Program-made: the position numbers and the translations under genes
Notes under the pieces: model-generated
Databases searched by the model: none
What the model was told of the DNA's origin: nothing
Seen by the model: the letters and a program-made list of their open reading frames with translations, nothing else
Source of the DNA: Candidatus Nomurabacteria bacterium RIFCSPLOWO2_01_FULL_33_24
GTDB taxonomy: Bacteria > Patescibacteriota > Minisyncoccia > Phycocordibacterales > MFUP01
Assembly: GCA_001785735.1 (NCBI GenBank)
Contig: MFUP01000008.1
Coordinates: forward strand, 1 to 46,086
Length of the DNA stretch: 46,086 nucleotides
Reading direction: 5' to 3'
Shown here: piece after piece, positions 36,469 to 46,086 of the stretch
Position numbering within the stretch: position 1 is the first letter of the stretch
Layout of the letters: each line of letters starts with the position of its first letter

Positions 36469-38550
36469 ATGGTAAAAACAGGTATTGTTAACAAGGCAGT
36501 TAAAAAAAGATTAACTTTTCATGAAGCCAAAGAGGCTCTCAAAAATATTAAAAATATTTTAACAAAGGAACAATTTTTATTTTCAGGAGCGATCCTTCAA
36601 GAATCTAAGGCCTCCGGTTTTTATGGAGTTGTTTCTTTTAATTGTAAATCTACCTCAAAAAAAGCTCATGAATTTTTAATTTTTATGGGTTTTCCAAAAT
36701 CAAAAACTAGCTGTTCAAAAGGAAAAATAAGGTTGTTTCAATTAATTCCTGACAAAATTATCCACCCGAAAAAGAAACAATCAGACCAGTTTCTAAAAGG
36801 AAAAACTTTTCTTCAAACAAAGATAACTGAAGTAGAAGAGAAAAAAGAAGTTCCGTCACCAAAAAACAAAAGAGAAAAAATTCCAGCTGACTCTAAAACT
36901 TTTGAATATGCCAAAATGGTTGAAAACTTAATTGGGAATATATTTAAAAAATATAGCATCCCAATCATTTGGAGTAGTAACGTAACTCAAAAAGATTCAA
37001 AAACCACTGACAGCAAAAAATTCAGATTTTCTAAAAAGAGCCTGGTAGTCAGAGCAAAAAAAGCTTTAAGAAGGGCGGGATTTGATGATATTAGTGTCGC
37101 TGACAATAGTCAGCCAGCTACTAGTTTAAAAGAGGAAATTCACGAAATAGAAGTGTTGCTTATTATGCCAACAGAAAAGGGAGAAAAAAATAATTTAACT
37201 CCCGATCTTGAAATAGTTGAGATGGATGAAAAAAAAGAACAAATTTTTTCTCCTAGCGAATATTCACCAAAAAAAATTCTTCAGATTACTGGAAAAATGA
37301 GAGCAATGCAAATTTTAGATATCATTGAAAATAAACTCAATATTAAGAGTTTTGGGGAAAGTATTAATTCTTATTTGTCAGGAAAATTAGTATCTTATAA
37401 GACTGGATATATTAGGTTGAAATTTAAAATTGTTAACCCCAATGATTTTAGTGTTCAAAGTGTATTTGAGTTTTTTAGGCAACAGAAATTTGGAGCTTTT
37501 ATCAAAAATGATTTTCTCTATATTTCTTTGTGGGAAGGGCCATATTTAATCATCAATAGTCCAAACAAATTAAAAAAGGAAATTAATATGGAAAAAAAAG
37601 AAAATCCCATTATTCCCTCGCTGTATGAAGCCAGAAAAATGATTCGTGATATTGTTCGGAAAAGTACTTTTCGTTTCAATCTTGCTTTTCCGGTTTTTGA
37701 TTTTTCCAAGAACAACAAGAAAGATATTGGAATAGCAATGAAGTTTTCTAACAGAGAGGAGTTAGAACAGGTAAAAACTCTTTTTGACGAGAATCTTTTT
37801 AAGGTAATCTCGAATTCAGAAAGTTTATTGCTAAAAGTCTTGTGGTTATTTGAGGTTAATCTTCCCAAAATTCCTCAAGAAAAAAAAGGATATCCTTTAA
37901 AAGATGAAATTATCCGAGGAAAAAACTCAAATGAATTGATAACAATATTGAAAGATATTGTGAATAAAGAAAGAATTAAACTTTCTCGTCCTATTAGAAT
38001 TTTTTCAAGAGGGATAAAAATGAGAACCTTCAGAACAGGATCTGCTTACAGATTGAAAAATATATTAATAAAAAAAGGTTTTGATGCCAGAATAGCCAAA
38101 ACTAAAGGAATCATAGGAAAAGAATTGATTGTTAATATAATTTTACCAACTACAATGACGACTACCAGGCAAAGAGGGAAAGCTGTAATTATCCCAATCA
38201 AATCTCAAAAAAAGGATAAAAAAGCAAGAAAAAAAAGGAACTCCCCCCGGACTGAATCTGTTTTGGTTAAATCAATTAAAGAAGCAATCAAAAACGACCG
38301 CGAGCTTCAGGAAGAGATTTTAACAATTATAGATCAAGATTTAATTGAGAAAATTTCGCCGCCACCATTGGTTCCGGATCCAATGGTTTTTTTAAAAAAT
38401 ATCTTTAAAAAGGCAAAGGAAAATAATTTTTTTATCTCGTTTGAGTTAGGGGTAATTAAATTCCTTAAAAGTTCCGGAATAGTGACTTCTGAAGTTACTG
38501 GTCCAGAATTAGAAAACTTTCTAAAGGAAGTTACAAAGATGTCTTATTAA
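36469..38550 (+). CDS. large basic hypothetical protein with apparent internal domain repeats
   Basis: 693-aa Lys-rich ORF with its own promoter and terminator. Confidence 0.75.
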   Translation: MVKTGIVNKAVKKRLTFHEAKEALKNIKNILTKEQFLFSGAILQESKASGFYGVVSFNCKSTSKKAHEFLIFMGFPKSKTSCSKGKIRLFQLIPDKIIHPKKKQSDQFLKGKTFLQTKITEVEEKKEVPSPKNKREKIPADSKTFEYAKMVENLIGNIFKKYSIPIIWSSNVTQKDSKTTDSKKFRFSKKSLVVRAKKALRRAGFDDISVADNSQPATSLKEEIHEIEVLLIMPTEKGEKNNLTPDLEIVEMDEKKEQIFSPSEYSPKKILQITGKMRAMQILDIIENKLNIKSFGESINSYLSGKLVSYKTGYIRLKFKIVNPNDFSVQSVFEFFRQQKFGAFIKNDFLYISLWEGPYLIINSPNKLKKEINMEKKENPIIPSLYEARKMIRDIVRKSTFRFNLAFPVFDFSKNNKKDIGIAMKFSNREELEQVKTLFDENLFKVISNSESLLLKVLWLFEVNLPKIPQEKKGYPLKDEIIRGKNSNELITILKDIVNKERIKLSRPIRIFSRGIKMRTFRTGSAYRLKNILIKKGFDARIAKTKGIIGKELIVNIILPTTMTTTRQRGKAVIIPIKSQKKDKKARKKRNSPRTESVLVKSIKEAIKNDRELQEEILTIIDQDLIEKISPPPLVPDPMVFLKNIFKKAKENNFFISFELGVIKFLKSSGIVTSEVTGPELENFLKEVTKMSY

Positions 38551-38555
38551 AAGAC

Positions 38556-38585
38556 AAGGCGCCCAATTCGGGTGCCTTTTTATTT
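38556..38585 (+). terminator. intrinsic terminator
   Basis: AAGGCGCCC-AATTC-GGGTGCCTT followed by a T-run. Confidence 0.8.
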
Positions 38586-38617
38586 CTAATGAAGATATTT
38601 TGTGATAAAATCAAACC

Positions 38618-39166
38618 ATGGAAAGACAAGAAGCAACCCAAAGAAATATCCAAGAAAAATCAAAATTAAAAGGAAGAACTTTATTTATCATTTTGGCGGT
38701 TCTGGGGGCGGTAATAATGGGATATTTAATTTCTCTCCATTATACTAATCAAGCCAATTCTATCTGTGAATTTGGAGAGAAATTATCCTGTGATTTGGTT
38801 AATAAAAGTCATTACTCGGAAATATTAGGAATCCCTTTTTCTGTTTTGGGTTTTGTTTATTTTTTGGGAACTCTGGGGGCGGGGATTGGCTGGTATAACA
38901 GATTTACTCTCAAAAAAGTTATTTTCTTTTCAATTTTATTTCTCGGCCCCGCTCTCTATCTAACGGGAACTGAAATTTTTCTCATAAAAAGTTTTTGTCT
39001 TTTTTGTGAAATATCAAAAATTTTAATGATTAGCATTGTCATTAATTCCTACCTGGCCTTGAAACCAGAAAAATTTGATCATAAAGAACTAGTAGTTGGA
39101 ATGGTAATAGCGATATTTTTAGGAGGAGCTACTTACCTTCTTCATTCAATTACTTTGTTGAATTAA
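38618..39166 (+). CDS. VKOR-family protein
   Basis: CEFGEKLSCDLVNKSHYSEILGIP and FCLFC. Confidence 0.88.
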   Translation: MERQEATQRNIQEKSKLKGRTLFIILAVLGAVIMGYLISLHYTNQANSICEFGEKLSCDLVNKSHYSEILGIPFSVLGFVYFLGTLGAGIGWYNRFTLKKVIFFSILFLGPALYLTGTEIFLIKSFCLFCEISKILMISIVINSYLALKPEKFDHKELVVGMVIAIFLGGATYLLHSITLLN

Positions 39167-39728
39167 TTTTTTCTAATACTCTGGGGAGTTTTTTAAAGTC
39201 CTCGATAAGCACTTCTCTCATTGAGCCGTTATAAAGGGCAGCCGCTGGATGGTAAAGAGCCAGAAAAGTGTCTCCAATTTTTGTTTTCTTTTTTAAAATT
39301 TTTCCATGAACCTCGGAAATTTTTTCATTAGGAAAAAAGTTTTGAAGAGAATGTCGCCCAAGAAAAACAATCAACTTTGGATTAATAATTTTTATTTCTT
39401 CTTCTAGCCATTCAACACAAGACTCTTTTTCTTCAGGTAAGGGATCGCGATTATTAGGTGGGCGATATTTAACCACGTTGGTAATATAAATATCTTCCCG
39501 TTTCATTTTTATATCCTCCAGCATTTCGTTTAAAAATTTTCCGGCCGCTCCCACAAACGGTTTTCCTTGAAGATCTTCTTCTTTTCCGGGGGCTTCACCA
39601 ATAAAAATAATTTCTGAATCAGGGTTACCATGTCCGGGAACCCCCTGAGTAGCTTCTTCTTTTAATTGGCACTTACATTTTTTTAGCCATTTTTCATGAA
39701 CTTTTTCCAATTTTTCTTGTTTGGTCAT
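39150..39728 (-). CDS. udg: uracil-DNA glycosylase family 4
   Basis: IGEAPG, PFVGAAG, YITNVVKYRPPNNRDP and YHPAAALY motifs. Confidence 0.93.
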   Translation of the reverse strand: MTKQEKLEKVHEKWLKKCKCQLKEEATQGVPGHGNPDSEIIFIGEAPGKEEDLQGKPFVGAAGKFLNEMLEDIKMKREDIYITNVVKYRPPNNRDPLPEEKESCVEWLEEEIKIINPKLIVFLGRHSLQNFFPNEKISEVHGKILKKKTKIGDTFLALYHPAAALYNGSMREVLIEDFKKLPRVLEKINSTK

Positions 39729-39750
39729 ATTATGGATTTTAATATATCTT

Positions 39751-41139
39751 TTAATAATCTTTGTAACAATTATTTTTTGCCAGAAACATTTCATAGTTTA
39801 ATTCTATTCCATGTTCACCACTTATTTCTACACAATTATTTTCTTTTTCTTCTATTAGGCAGAAGTTTTTGAACATTTCATGATATAAATTTTCTTGAAT
39901 ATCGGCAAGACAAGCATTTAGTGATTCATTTTTTTTCCTTAATTGGGCTTCCATTTCTGTTAAGTTAAAATATTTCTCAAGTCTTTTATTTTCATCTTTT
40001 ATAAATTCCAAGGTTTCTTTTAATGATTTTGACTTTGGGTGTAGCTCTAGAGCTTTTTTAAGGATGGCTATTGATTCTTGGTATTCTGCCATATACCACC
40101 GCGCTTTAGCTAATGGCCCATAACAAAAAGATTCTGGGCTTATCTTAATACATGTTTTTGCGGCCTCTATCGCCAAGTTATATTTTCCTAGATCAATATA
40201 GATATAAGATAAATGTCCATAAGCATAATTTGTTGGATCATATTTTATTGATTTTAATATATTTTCTAGAGCTTCATCTTGTTTCCCCATATAACTATAT
40301 CCATTTGCTATCCAATATAGAGCATAAGCCTCTTCCTTTTTATTATTGGCGACTAATAATGCCTCACTGGCTTTATTTTTCACTTGTTCACCAACATTAA
40401 AAAAGTAAGTTCTATTTTTTATAGAACCACTTAATTCGCCGGATCCAGCTTCTGATAATAAATGAAACAATCCTCTAGACTCAAGTATTTTAGCCTCATA
40501 GTTTGATCTTAGATTATTTAAACTTATTATTCCACCAAACAAAGCCAGAATTACGAAGAAAATAATAAGAACTTTATAACCAATATTTTTATTGAAAATA
40601 AATAAAAGAAAAGAAGATATTAAAAATAAAATACTAATTATAAATATTGTTTCTATAAAATCATAATAAACAAAATCAGTTTCAATGGCCTTTATTATAT
40701 CAAAAGTGTCTGAAAAGATAGGAAACTGAATTATTGGTCGTATGGGTGTAAAAGCGATAATCAGAGAAGAAATTAAATATGTGTGAAATACGTAAATCTG
40801 TTTTTTATTAAACTTTAAGTTTTTCAAAAAACTCAAAGTTGTTTCTATTGTTTGGTGAATATAATAATAAATACGTTTAGCGATAGAATAACCCACCACA
40901 AATGTTATTGTATAAATTCCAGCATTTTTTAGAATATCTAGTAATAATTTAAAATTGAATTTACTTATCTCGCTTACTACTATATTTTTCCAAACAGAAA
41001 TCAATATTGTGAAGACAACGATAATAAATACTAATATTGCCTCTATTGTCACAGCTTCTTTTAGACTGATATTTGGGCGAAGATTATTAGATTCTTCTAT
41101 TTTTTTAGTTATTCTTTTTTCATTTTCTCCTTTGATCAT
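39751..41139 (-). CDS. multi-pass membrane protein with C-terminal TPR repeats
   Basis: About five TM helices followed by TPR-like repeats. Confidence 0.8.
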   Translation of the reverse strand: MIKGENEKRITKKIEESNNLRPNISLKEAVTIEAILVFIIVVFTILISVWKNIVVSEISKFNFKLLLDILKNAGIYTITFVVGYSIAKRIYYYIHQTIETTLSFLKNLKFNKKQIYVFHTYLISSLIIAFTPIRPIIQFPIFSDTFDIIKAIETDFVYYDFIETIFIISILFLISSFLLFIFNKNIGYKVLIIFFVILALFGGIISLNNLRSNYEAKILESRGLFHLLSEAGSGELSGSIKNRTYFFNVGEQVKNKASEALLVANNKKEEAYALYWIANGYSYMGKQDEALENILKSIKYDPTNYAYGHLSYIYIDLGKYNLAIEAAKTCIKISPESFCYGPLAKARWYMAEYQESIAILKKALELHPKSKSLKETLEFIKDENKRLEKYFNLTEMEAQLRKKNESLNACLADIQENLYHEMFKNFCLIEEKENNCVEISGEHGIELNYEMFLAKNNCYKDY

Positions 41140-41168
41140 AATTTAATTATATTATATAATAGGATTAT

Positions 41169-41396
41169 ATGAATCATTATGTTTGTACAGGAGGATGTGA
41201 TGAGGTCTCGGATAATCAAGGAGTTTGTCAAAATAAAAATTGTTTAAAAAACGGGCAACCCCTTCATAAGTGTGATTGTTCCGATAAAACCCATCATGGT
41301 CTTATTACTATTTGCCAAAAATGTGGCACTCTCTGTCGCACTAAAGGTGGTTGCGAGGTTGAATCTTTTAAATCTGAATTAGGATTAGGAGAATAA
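41169..41396 (+). CDS. small Cys-rich metal-binding protein
   Basis: 10 Cys and 4 His in 75 aa. Confidence 0.75.
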   Translation: MNHYVCTGGCDEVSDNQGVCQNKNCLKNGQPLHKCDCSDKTHHGLITICQKCGTLCRTKGGCEVESFKSELGLGE

Positions 41397-41397
41397 T

Positions 41398-41619
41398 ATG
41401 TTTAAAAAATTTTTAATGAAACAAATGCTGAAACAACAGATGAAAAATGTTCCTAAAGATCAGCAGGAAAAAATATTAAAATTAGTTTCCGAGAACCCGG
41501 AGCTTTTTCAGAAAATAGGGAGTGAAGTCCAAGAGAAAATGAAACAAGGAAAAGATCAGATGACGGCTACCATAGAAGTAATGAAAGCTCATCAGGATGA
41601 ACTTAAGGGAATAATGTAA
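41398..41619 (+). CDS. small Met/Gln/Lys-rich helical protein
   Basis: 73-aa ORF starting 1 nt after the previous stop and followed by a hairpin. Confidence 0.75.
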   Translation: MFKKFLMKQMLKQQMKNVPKDQQEKILKLVSENPELFQKIGSEVQEKMKQGKDQMTATIEVMKAHQDELKGIM

Positions 41620-41636
41620 ACTTCTTCAACTTTTTT

Positions 41637-41668
41637 AAAATGCCACACCAAAAAAGTGTGGCATTTTT
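41637..41668 (+). terminator. hairpin/terminator
   Basis: AAAATGCCACAC-CAAAAAA-GTGTGGCATTTT. Confidence 0.7.
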
Positions 41669-41898
41669 CTGCTCCTTTTTATTTGAAAATAACTATATTT
41701 CTGATATATTCTTACCATATCTCTCAAAATTGAAATTGTCAAGGTGTAAAAAATAATTTTTATTTTGATAAAACTAAAGCAATTCTTTTTACTCTTACAA
41801 TAAAAATTTCACCAAATAAACATTCTCACTATAAATATAAATTGAAATAACAAGGGTTTCGTTTTACACTTTTATGTGTTAAAATATATGGGTTATTT

Positions 41899-44800
41899 AT
41901 GAAAATTAAGACAGAAAACCAAACATTAGAACCCAAAGAACAAGTTTCTCAATTTGAAGTGAATTTAAATTCAGAAAATAAAGAAGAAGAAGAAAAGGAT
42001 GTATTAGAAAAAGAAATTGAAAGAGAGATTGATCCAATTTTAGAAGTGCTTTGTCCAGAAGGGGAAGATTTTGATGTTTATAGAGAAAAAATACTTAACG
42101 AATTGTTTAATGACGCAGAAAAAATAAAAGTTATTCAGAATAAATTATATCAGAACTCAAAAGATTTTGTTGCCAATGCCAAACATATCTTAACCTCGCG
42201 ACTTCGCGCTGTTCTGGAGGATATTAATAAAAGTGTCGCCCATAATATGTCTATCGAAGATCAGGAAAAGAAAGATAATGCCATAAGAGCAAAAGCCGGA
42301 TTGCTTATTTCTGGGGAGGAGCTACCTGAATTTGCAAGACAACATTATGGATTGAGCTATTTAGACTCAAAACCCGAAAAGCTTATCAAAAAAAATATTG
42401 AAAAGTATATGGCTGAGTATAATACTAAAAAAATTGAAATAATTTTAGATAATCTGCATTCTTCTTATAAAATACCTAAAGAAAAAGATTTGCCAAATAA
42501 TATATTGCCAAGGTTAAATAATAGTTTTAATTACCAAGAGAAAATACAGGAAGAAGTGCTTCGTGGAAAGTTGCCATATTCAATTTTTTCTGGAAATCAA
42601 AATTTTTCTGGTTATACTCAAGATTTTGAAAAAAATGAGCTATTCAAAAAATTTATTCCAAAACTTCATTATAATCGAGATGTCATTAAGAGAATACGGT
42701 CAAATCAAACTTTTTTTGCTATAGCGATTAAAGAAAATACCCCTGAAGCCCAAATGATACAAAAGGTACTAGATATGGAAAACGACTATGAGGTAAATGA
42801 CTTACTAGGTGAAGAAATGAGCGATGAAGAGGTTTTAAGAACTTCAAATTTTGTTAAAGAAAAGGAAAAAGAAAATATTTTTTCACTTGATTATCATTCT
42901 CAGAGAATTCTTTTTAGGATTTTTACTGTAGAAGATTTTAAATATTTAATAAATGAAAAGAATACAGATTTGAATTATCTTTTTCCTGAAAATTTACCCA
43001 TTGAAAGTAAACCAGAGATTCGAAAATATTTTAAGGAATTATGGAAAAGTCATATTTCAGAGTTGAATTTTAATAGCTCAAACAATTCATATAATACAAG
43101 TGAAAACATGAAGAAAGTTTATTCGTGTTTTAGTTTGGATGATTTTGAAGAATTTTTTCTTAAAAACATTCCAATAAACACAGATTTAGTCAACACAGAA
43201 ATGCTGACAGGATTACTTAATTCCCCAAATATTACTGCATCCAAAAAACTCAGATCTGCATTAGAGACAAAACTAGCGAATGACTTAAATAGAAAATATA
43301 TTTCCAGCACAAATGAAACTCTTATAGAAGAAGGAGCATTTCGGAAAGAATTTTTAGAACAGCCAGGAATAAAAGAAAAAGGTTTTGAAATGTTAAAAAC
43401 AAAACTTAAAGGAGGAAACTTGGATGATTCTATAAAAATATTAACACTACTTCCTGTAGAGAAGGCCAGCCTTGATTCAGAAGAAATCAGAGAACTAGCA
43501 ATAGAAGGAATTACAAAATTGAAATTAGATGGTTGGCATGACCTTAACTCTTCATATCTCGAAAACCATTATTCAAAAGTGAGAAAAATATCAGAATATA
43601 TTAAAATCCCAGAATATTTTTTAAAATCAGAAGAAGTAATAAACAATATTAAAACTTCTAAAATTGAGAGTATTAAGATTGTGGGGAAAAAAATAATTAG
43701 GCAAGTTTTTAATTCTTCAGAGCCGGAGGTTATTTATGAAAAAATACTTGAGCGTTTAGAAGAGATAAAAGATTATAAAAAAATAATTACAAACGAAGAT
43801 TGGCTTATCCTGTATCTTTCCAAATTTGAAGAACATGGAACTTTAGAAGAAAAAAAAGAGTTCGCAACTTTTATAGAAAAGATTTCAGAAAATGTGCCTC
43901 ATGATTTTGCGTGGAAAAACTTCAAGTATCTTTATGAAAAATTTAGTGTGTTATCCAGCGTTGAAATGGAAAGACAAAGAATTTTCATTCAGAAACTTGT
44001 ACCACACCTTTCCTCTGTTTTTTTAAAAAACATTTCATTTCCTAAAGCATTTGAACAGTTTTTATCATATACATCAGAACAACAAGATCAATTATTTAAT
44101 GTATTAAAAGAAAATCCTTCTTTTAATACTATTGATTTCTTAAAAAATAATTGGATGGAAAATCTTATAATTTATGTGAATGATGTTGAAGAAGCAGAGA
44201 ATTTAATATCAAAAGATGAAGAGAGAAAGAAAAAAGTTATAGAATTATTTTTAGGTGAATATAAGAATATTGCTCTTGATGGTATGAGTGGAGAATGGAA
44301 GAATTTTTTAAAAAGTAAAGATAAATTTTTCCCCCCAGGTATTTTTTTGATAAGTAAATTAATTAAGAATGTTGGTGGAGCGGGCAATTTAAAACACGTT
44401 GAATCACTTGGAAATCTTATATATCAGATGAATATTATTTTACAAAATCCCAAAACGACAGAAAAGACAAAGAATGAGATAAGAAGCTTATTATCAGAAC
44501 AAGAAAAAAAGTTTGAAAAAGAAAAATGGTCGCAAGATGACTGTTCAGAATTTTATAATCTCTCTCGGGATATTATGGAAGCGGCTCCGAGCTTATATAC
44601 TGCTTTTTCTCCAATATTTAAGCAAATGTCTCCAAAAGATATGAAAACTTTTATGAAAGAAGTTTTTCCATTTTATCAAGCGCAATTGGTAATTATTCAG
44701 GAAATTAGTGATGATGATGTTAAATATAAACCTAAAGAGCTTGTCAATGTTCGACAATCTTTAAAAGATATAGCAGAAAAAATGAAGCAATCTTTTGAAG

Positions 44801-46086
44801 ATAGGAAAAATATTTTTAATGAAGAAAGATCTCGACTTTTAGAAATTGTAAAAAGTGGTTTTAAGGATCGTTTTGGTCTTATTAAAATTCCAGAAGAATT
44901 TAGTAAAGATAATTTACGATCTATTCAAAATTGTATTCGATATATTGGCAATATTAGTGAGCGAAACATTAAAAGAGAAACAGTTATTGCATTTTATCTT
45001 GGCCTCGAACTTAATGATGAATGGGATGCATTTCGTCAAGGGAAAGAAATAAAACTTGAAGATTATTTTTCAGGGAAACAACTTGATTTAATTAGACCAT
45101 TAGTAGAGGAAAAAATGAAAGGCTATAAAATACTTGAAGAAACTTTAAGTATTTCAAAAGAACAGATGCCAAGATTTCAAGAAATACTGCAAGAAGATAC
45201 CATTAGTAATATGATGGGAAATATCCAAACCATTGATGTTAAATTAGGAAATGCAAAACGAAACATTGAAGAACTGGCTGATCTGGACATCTATCCCAAT
45301 CAGCAGGATAAAGATATCCTTGCCCTTCTTTTGAAAGAAGGAAAAATTGTCGGAGGAGTGTTGGCAAAAACATTTAGTAAAGTATCTGGCAAAAAAATAG
45401 AAATGACCCAAGTCGAAAAAGTGATCCAAATAGAGATAGCAAAAATATTTGGAGTAAGTCTATGGAATGCGGAGCAAGTGAAGAGAATACAAGATGCAAT
45501 TCAACCGTTTAGTTTGATTGCCAATATGATAAATAAAATGGAGGAAGAAAAAGTAGATGAAAATATAGAAGAGCTTCAAAAAAGACTCATTCCCCCTAAT
45601 AAAATTATAGAGATATTTAATCATCTTGGTGAAGAATTTAAACAAGAATCTGGCGCTATGGCATTATCTAAGGATATTACTTATCTTGAAAATTTGATAG
45701 TAAAAGATGATAAGAAAATAACCCCAGAAGAAAAAGCGGAAGTCCAATCTTACTTAGATGCGATAAAAGAAAAAATGAAAGATCTTGAAAATATACTTGA
45801 TAAAGTGAGAGAATATTTTAATAAAATAAAAAAAAGTGCTCATTTAGAAAATCATGAACTTTTAAAGAATCGTTTAGCTGATATTGAGAAGATTATCTAT
45901 TCGACAGATTCTAATGCAATGATTGTAAGTCATATGACAAAAAATTTGAATTTGATTATTGAAAATATGCGTGCCTGTCTTGGGTGTATGAGAAAAGAAA
46001 CAAACAATGACACAAATCTTGCTTTTAGCGATTATAATAAATTTTACATGATGAATCAGGGAGAGAAAGAAAAGGGTAGTATTTCA
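41899..46086 (+). CDS. giant hypothetical protein (>=1396 aa, 3' end outside window), absent from ORF track
   Basis: ATG at 41899 (MKIKTENQTLEPKEQ...). The frame reads open at the spot-checked positions through to the window end (...ENMRACLGCMRK...), and its absence from the track is consistent with no stop codon. Confidence 0.85.
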   Translation, partial: MKIKTENQTLEPKEQVSQFEVNLNSENKEEEEKDVLEKEIEREIDPILEVLCPEGEDFDVYREKILNELFNDAEKIKVIQNKLYQNSKDFVANAKHILTSRLRAVLEDINKSVAHNMSIEDQEKKDNAIRAKAGLLISGEELPEFARQHYGLSYLDSKPEKLIKKNIEKYMAEYNTKKIEIILDNLHSSYKIPKEKDLPNNILPRLNNSFNYQEKIQEEVLRGKLPYSIFSGNQNFSGYTQDFEKNELFKKFIPKLHYNRDVIKRIRSNQTFFAIAIKENTPEAQMIQKVLDMENDYEVNDLLGEEMSDEEVLRTSNFVKEKEKENIFSLDYHSQRILFRIFTVEDFKYLINEKNTDLNYLFPENLPIESKPEIRKYFKELWKSHISELNFNSSNNSYNTSENMKKVYSCFSLDDFEEFFLKNIPINTDLVNTEMLTGLLNSPNITASKKLRSALETKLANDLNRKYISSTNETLIEEGAFRKEFLEQPGIKEKGFEMLKTKLKGGNLDDSIKILTLLPVEKASLDSEEIRELAIEGITKLKLDGWHDLNSSYLENHYSKVRKISEYIKIPEYFLKSEEVINNIKTSKIESIKIVGKKIIRQVFNSSEPEVIYEKILERLEEIKDYKKIITNEDWLILYLSKFEEHGTLEEKKEFATFIEKISENVPHDFAWKNFKYLYEKFSVLSSVEMERQRIFIQKLVPHLSSVFLKNISFPKAFEQFLSYTSEQQDQLFNVLKENPSFNTIDFLKNNWMENLIIYVNDVEEAENLISKDEERKKKVIELFLGEYKNIALDGMSGEWKNFLKSKDKFFPPGIFLISKLIKNVGGAGNLKHVESLGNLIYQMNIILQNPKTTEKTKNEIRSLLSEQEKKFEKEKWSQDDCSEFYNLSRDIMEAAPSLYTAFSPIFKQMSPKDMKTFMKEVFPFYQAQLVIIQEISDDDVKYKPKELVNVRQSLKDIAEKMKQSFEDRKNIFNEERSRLLEIVKSGFKDRFGLIKIPEEFSKDNLRSIQNCIRYIGNISERNIKRETVIAFYLGLELNDEWDAFRQGKEIKLEDYFSGKQLDLIRPLVEEKMKGYKILEETLSISKEQMPRFQEILQEDTISNMMGNIQTIDVKLGNAKRNIEELADLDIYPNQQDKDILALLLKEGKIVGGVLAKTFSKVSGKKIEMTQVEKVIQIEIAKIFGVSLWNAEQVKRIQDAIQPFSLIANMINKMEEEKVDENIEELQKRLIPPNKIIEIFNHLGEEFKQESGAMALSKDITYLENLIVKDDKKITPEEKAEVQSYLDAIKEKMKDLENILDKVREYFNKIKKSAHLENHELLKNRLADIEKIIYSTDSNAMIVSHMTKNLNLIIENMRACLGCMRKETNNDTNLAFSDYNKFYMMNQGEKEKGSIS

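Noticed and set aside
41636-41745. Minus-strand TTGACA-17-TATGGT promoter, AAGGAG and 9-codon ORF MPHFFGVAF
   Set aside because: The ORF is just the hairpin sequence read through; it is too short and the context too AT-rich to support without expression data.
41742-41872. Imperfect inverted repeat AAGGTGTAAAA / TTTTACACTTT as MITE ends
   Set aside because: The repeat is short and AT-rich, with no target-site duplication or second copy seen.
43119-45645. Short ORFs listed in the track in this interval (and similar 60-116 aa antisense ORFs elsewhere)
   Set aside because: They are shadows of long, well-supported genes on the other strand or in another frame.
1-46086. Alternative genetic code (TGA=Gly, as in Gracilibacteria/Absconditabacteria)
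   Set aside because: Conserved genes are full length under the standard code, and gyrB and nusB end at TGA at the expected positions.

Overview
AT-rich chromosomal window with the gene content and style of a Patescibacteria/CPR (Parcubacteria-like) genome using the standard code. The assignment is inferred from short PheS/PheT/ThrS, a hinge-less SMC, a NusB-NUDIX fusion, a DUF5667 anti-sigma, a stand-alone PaaX/Cas2-like gene and near-leaderless genes. Bases 1-3285 look like an island at the 3' end of tRNA-Ser(GGA). It holds a truncated IS110 transposase with its non-coding left end, an XRE regulator heading four zinc-ribbon membrane-protein genes, and a ~350-nt block of nested inverted repeats. 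The core carries pheS, pheT, gyrB, thrS, rpmF, nusB, rnc, smc, rnr, rpsP, khpA, trmD, a coupling-protein-like ATPase, an ECF sigma/anti-sigma pair, a P-type ATPase, UDG and two VKOR proteins. A >1390-aa ORF missing from the ORF track runs off the right end. The most notable signals are: (1) a wHTH-Cas2-like gene bracketed by two covarying long hairpins between khpA and trmD; (2) the structured element next to the tRNA; (3) a leader-peptide/antiterminator/terminator attenuator in front of a GNAT gene; (4) a (GA)9 tract inside a promoter spacer; (5) short palindromic in-frame insertions ending in GQA in pheT and trmD. All calls were made by eye, with no database searches.
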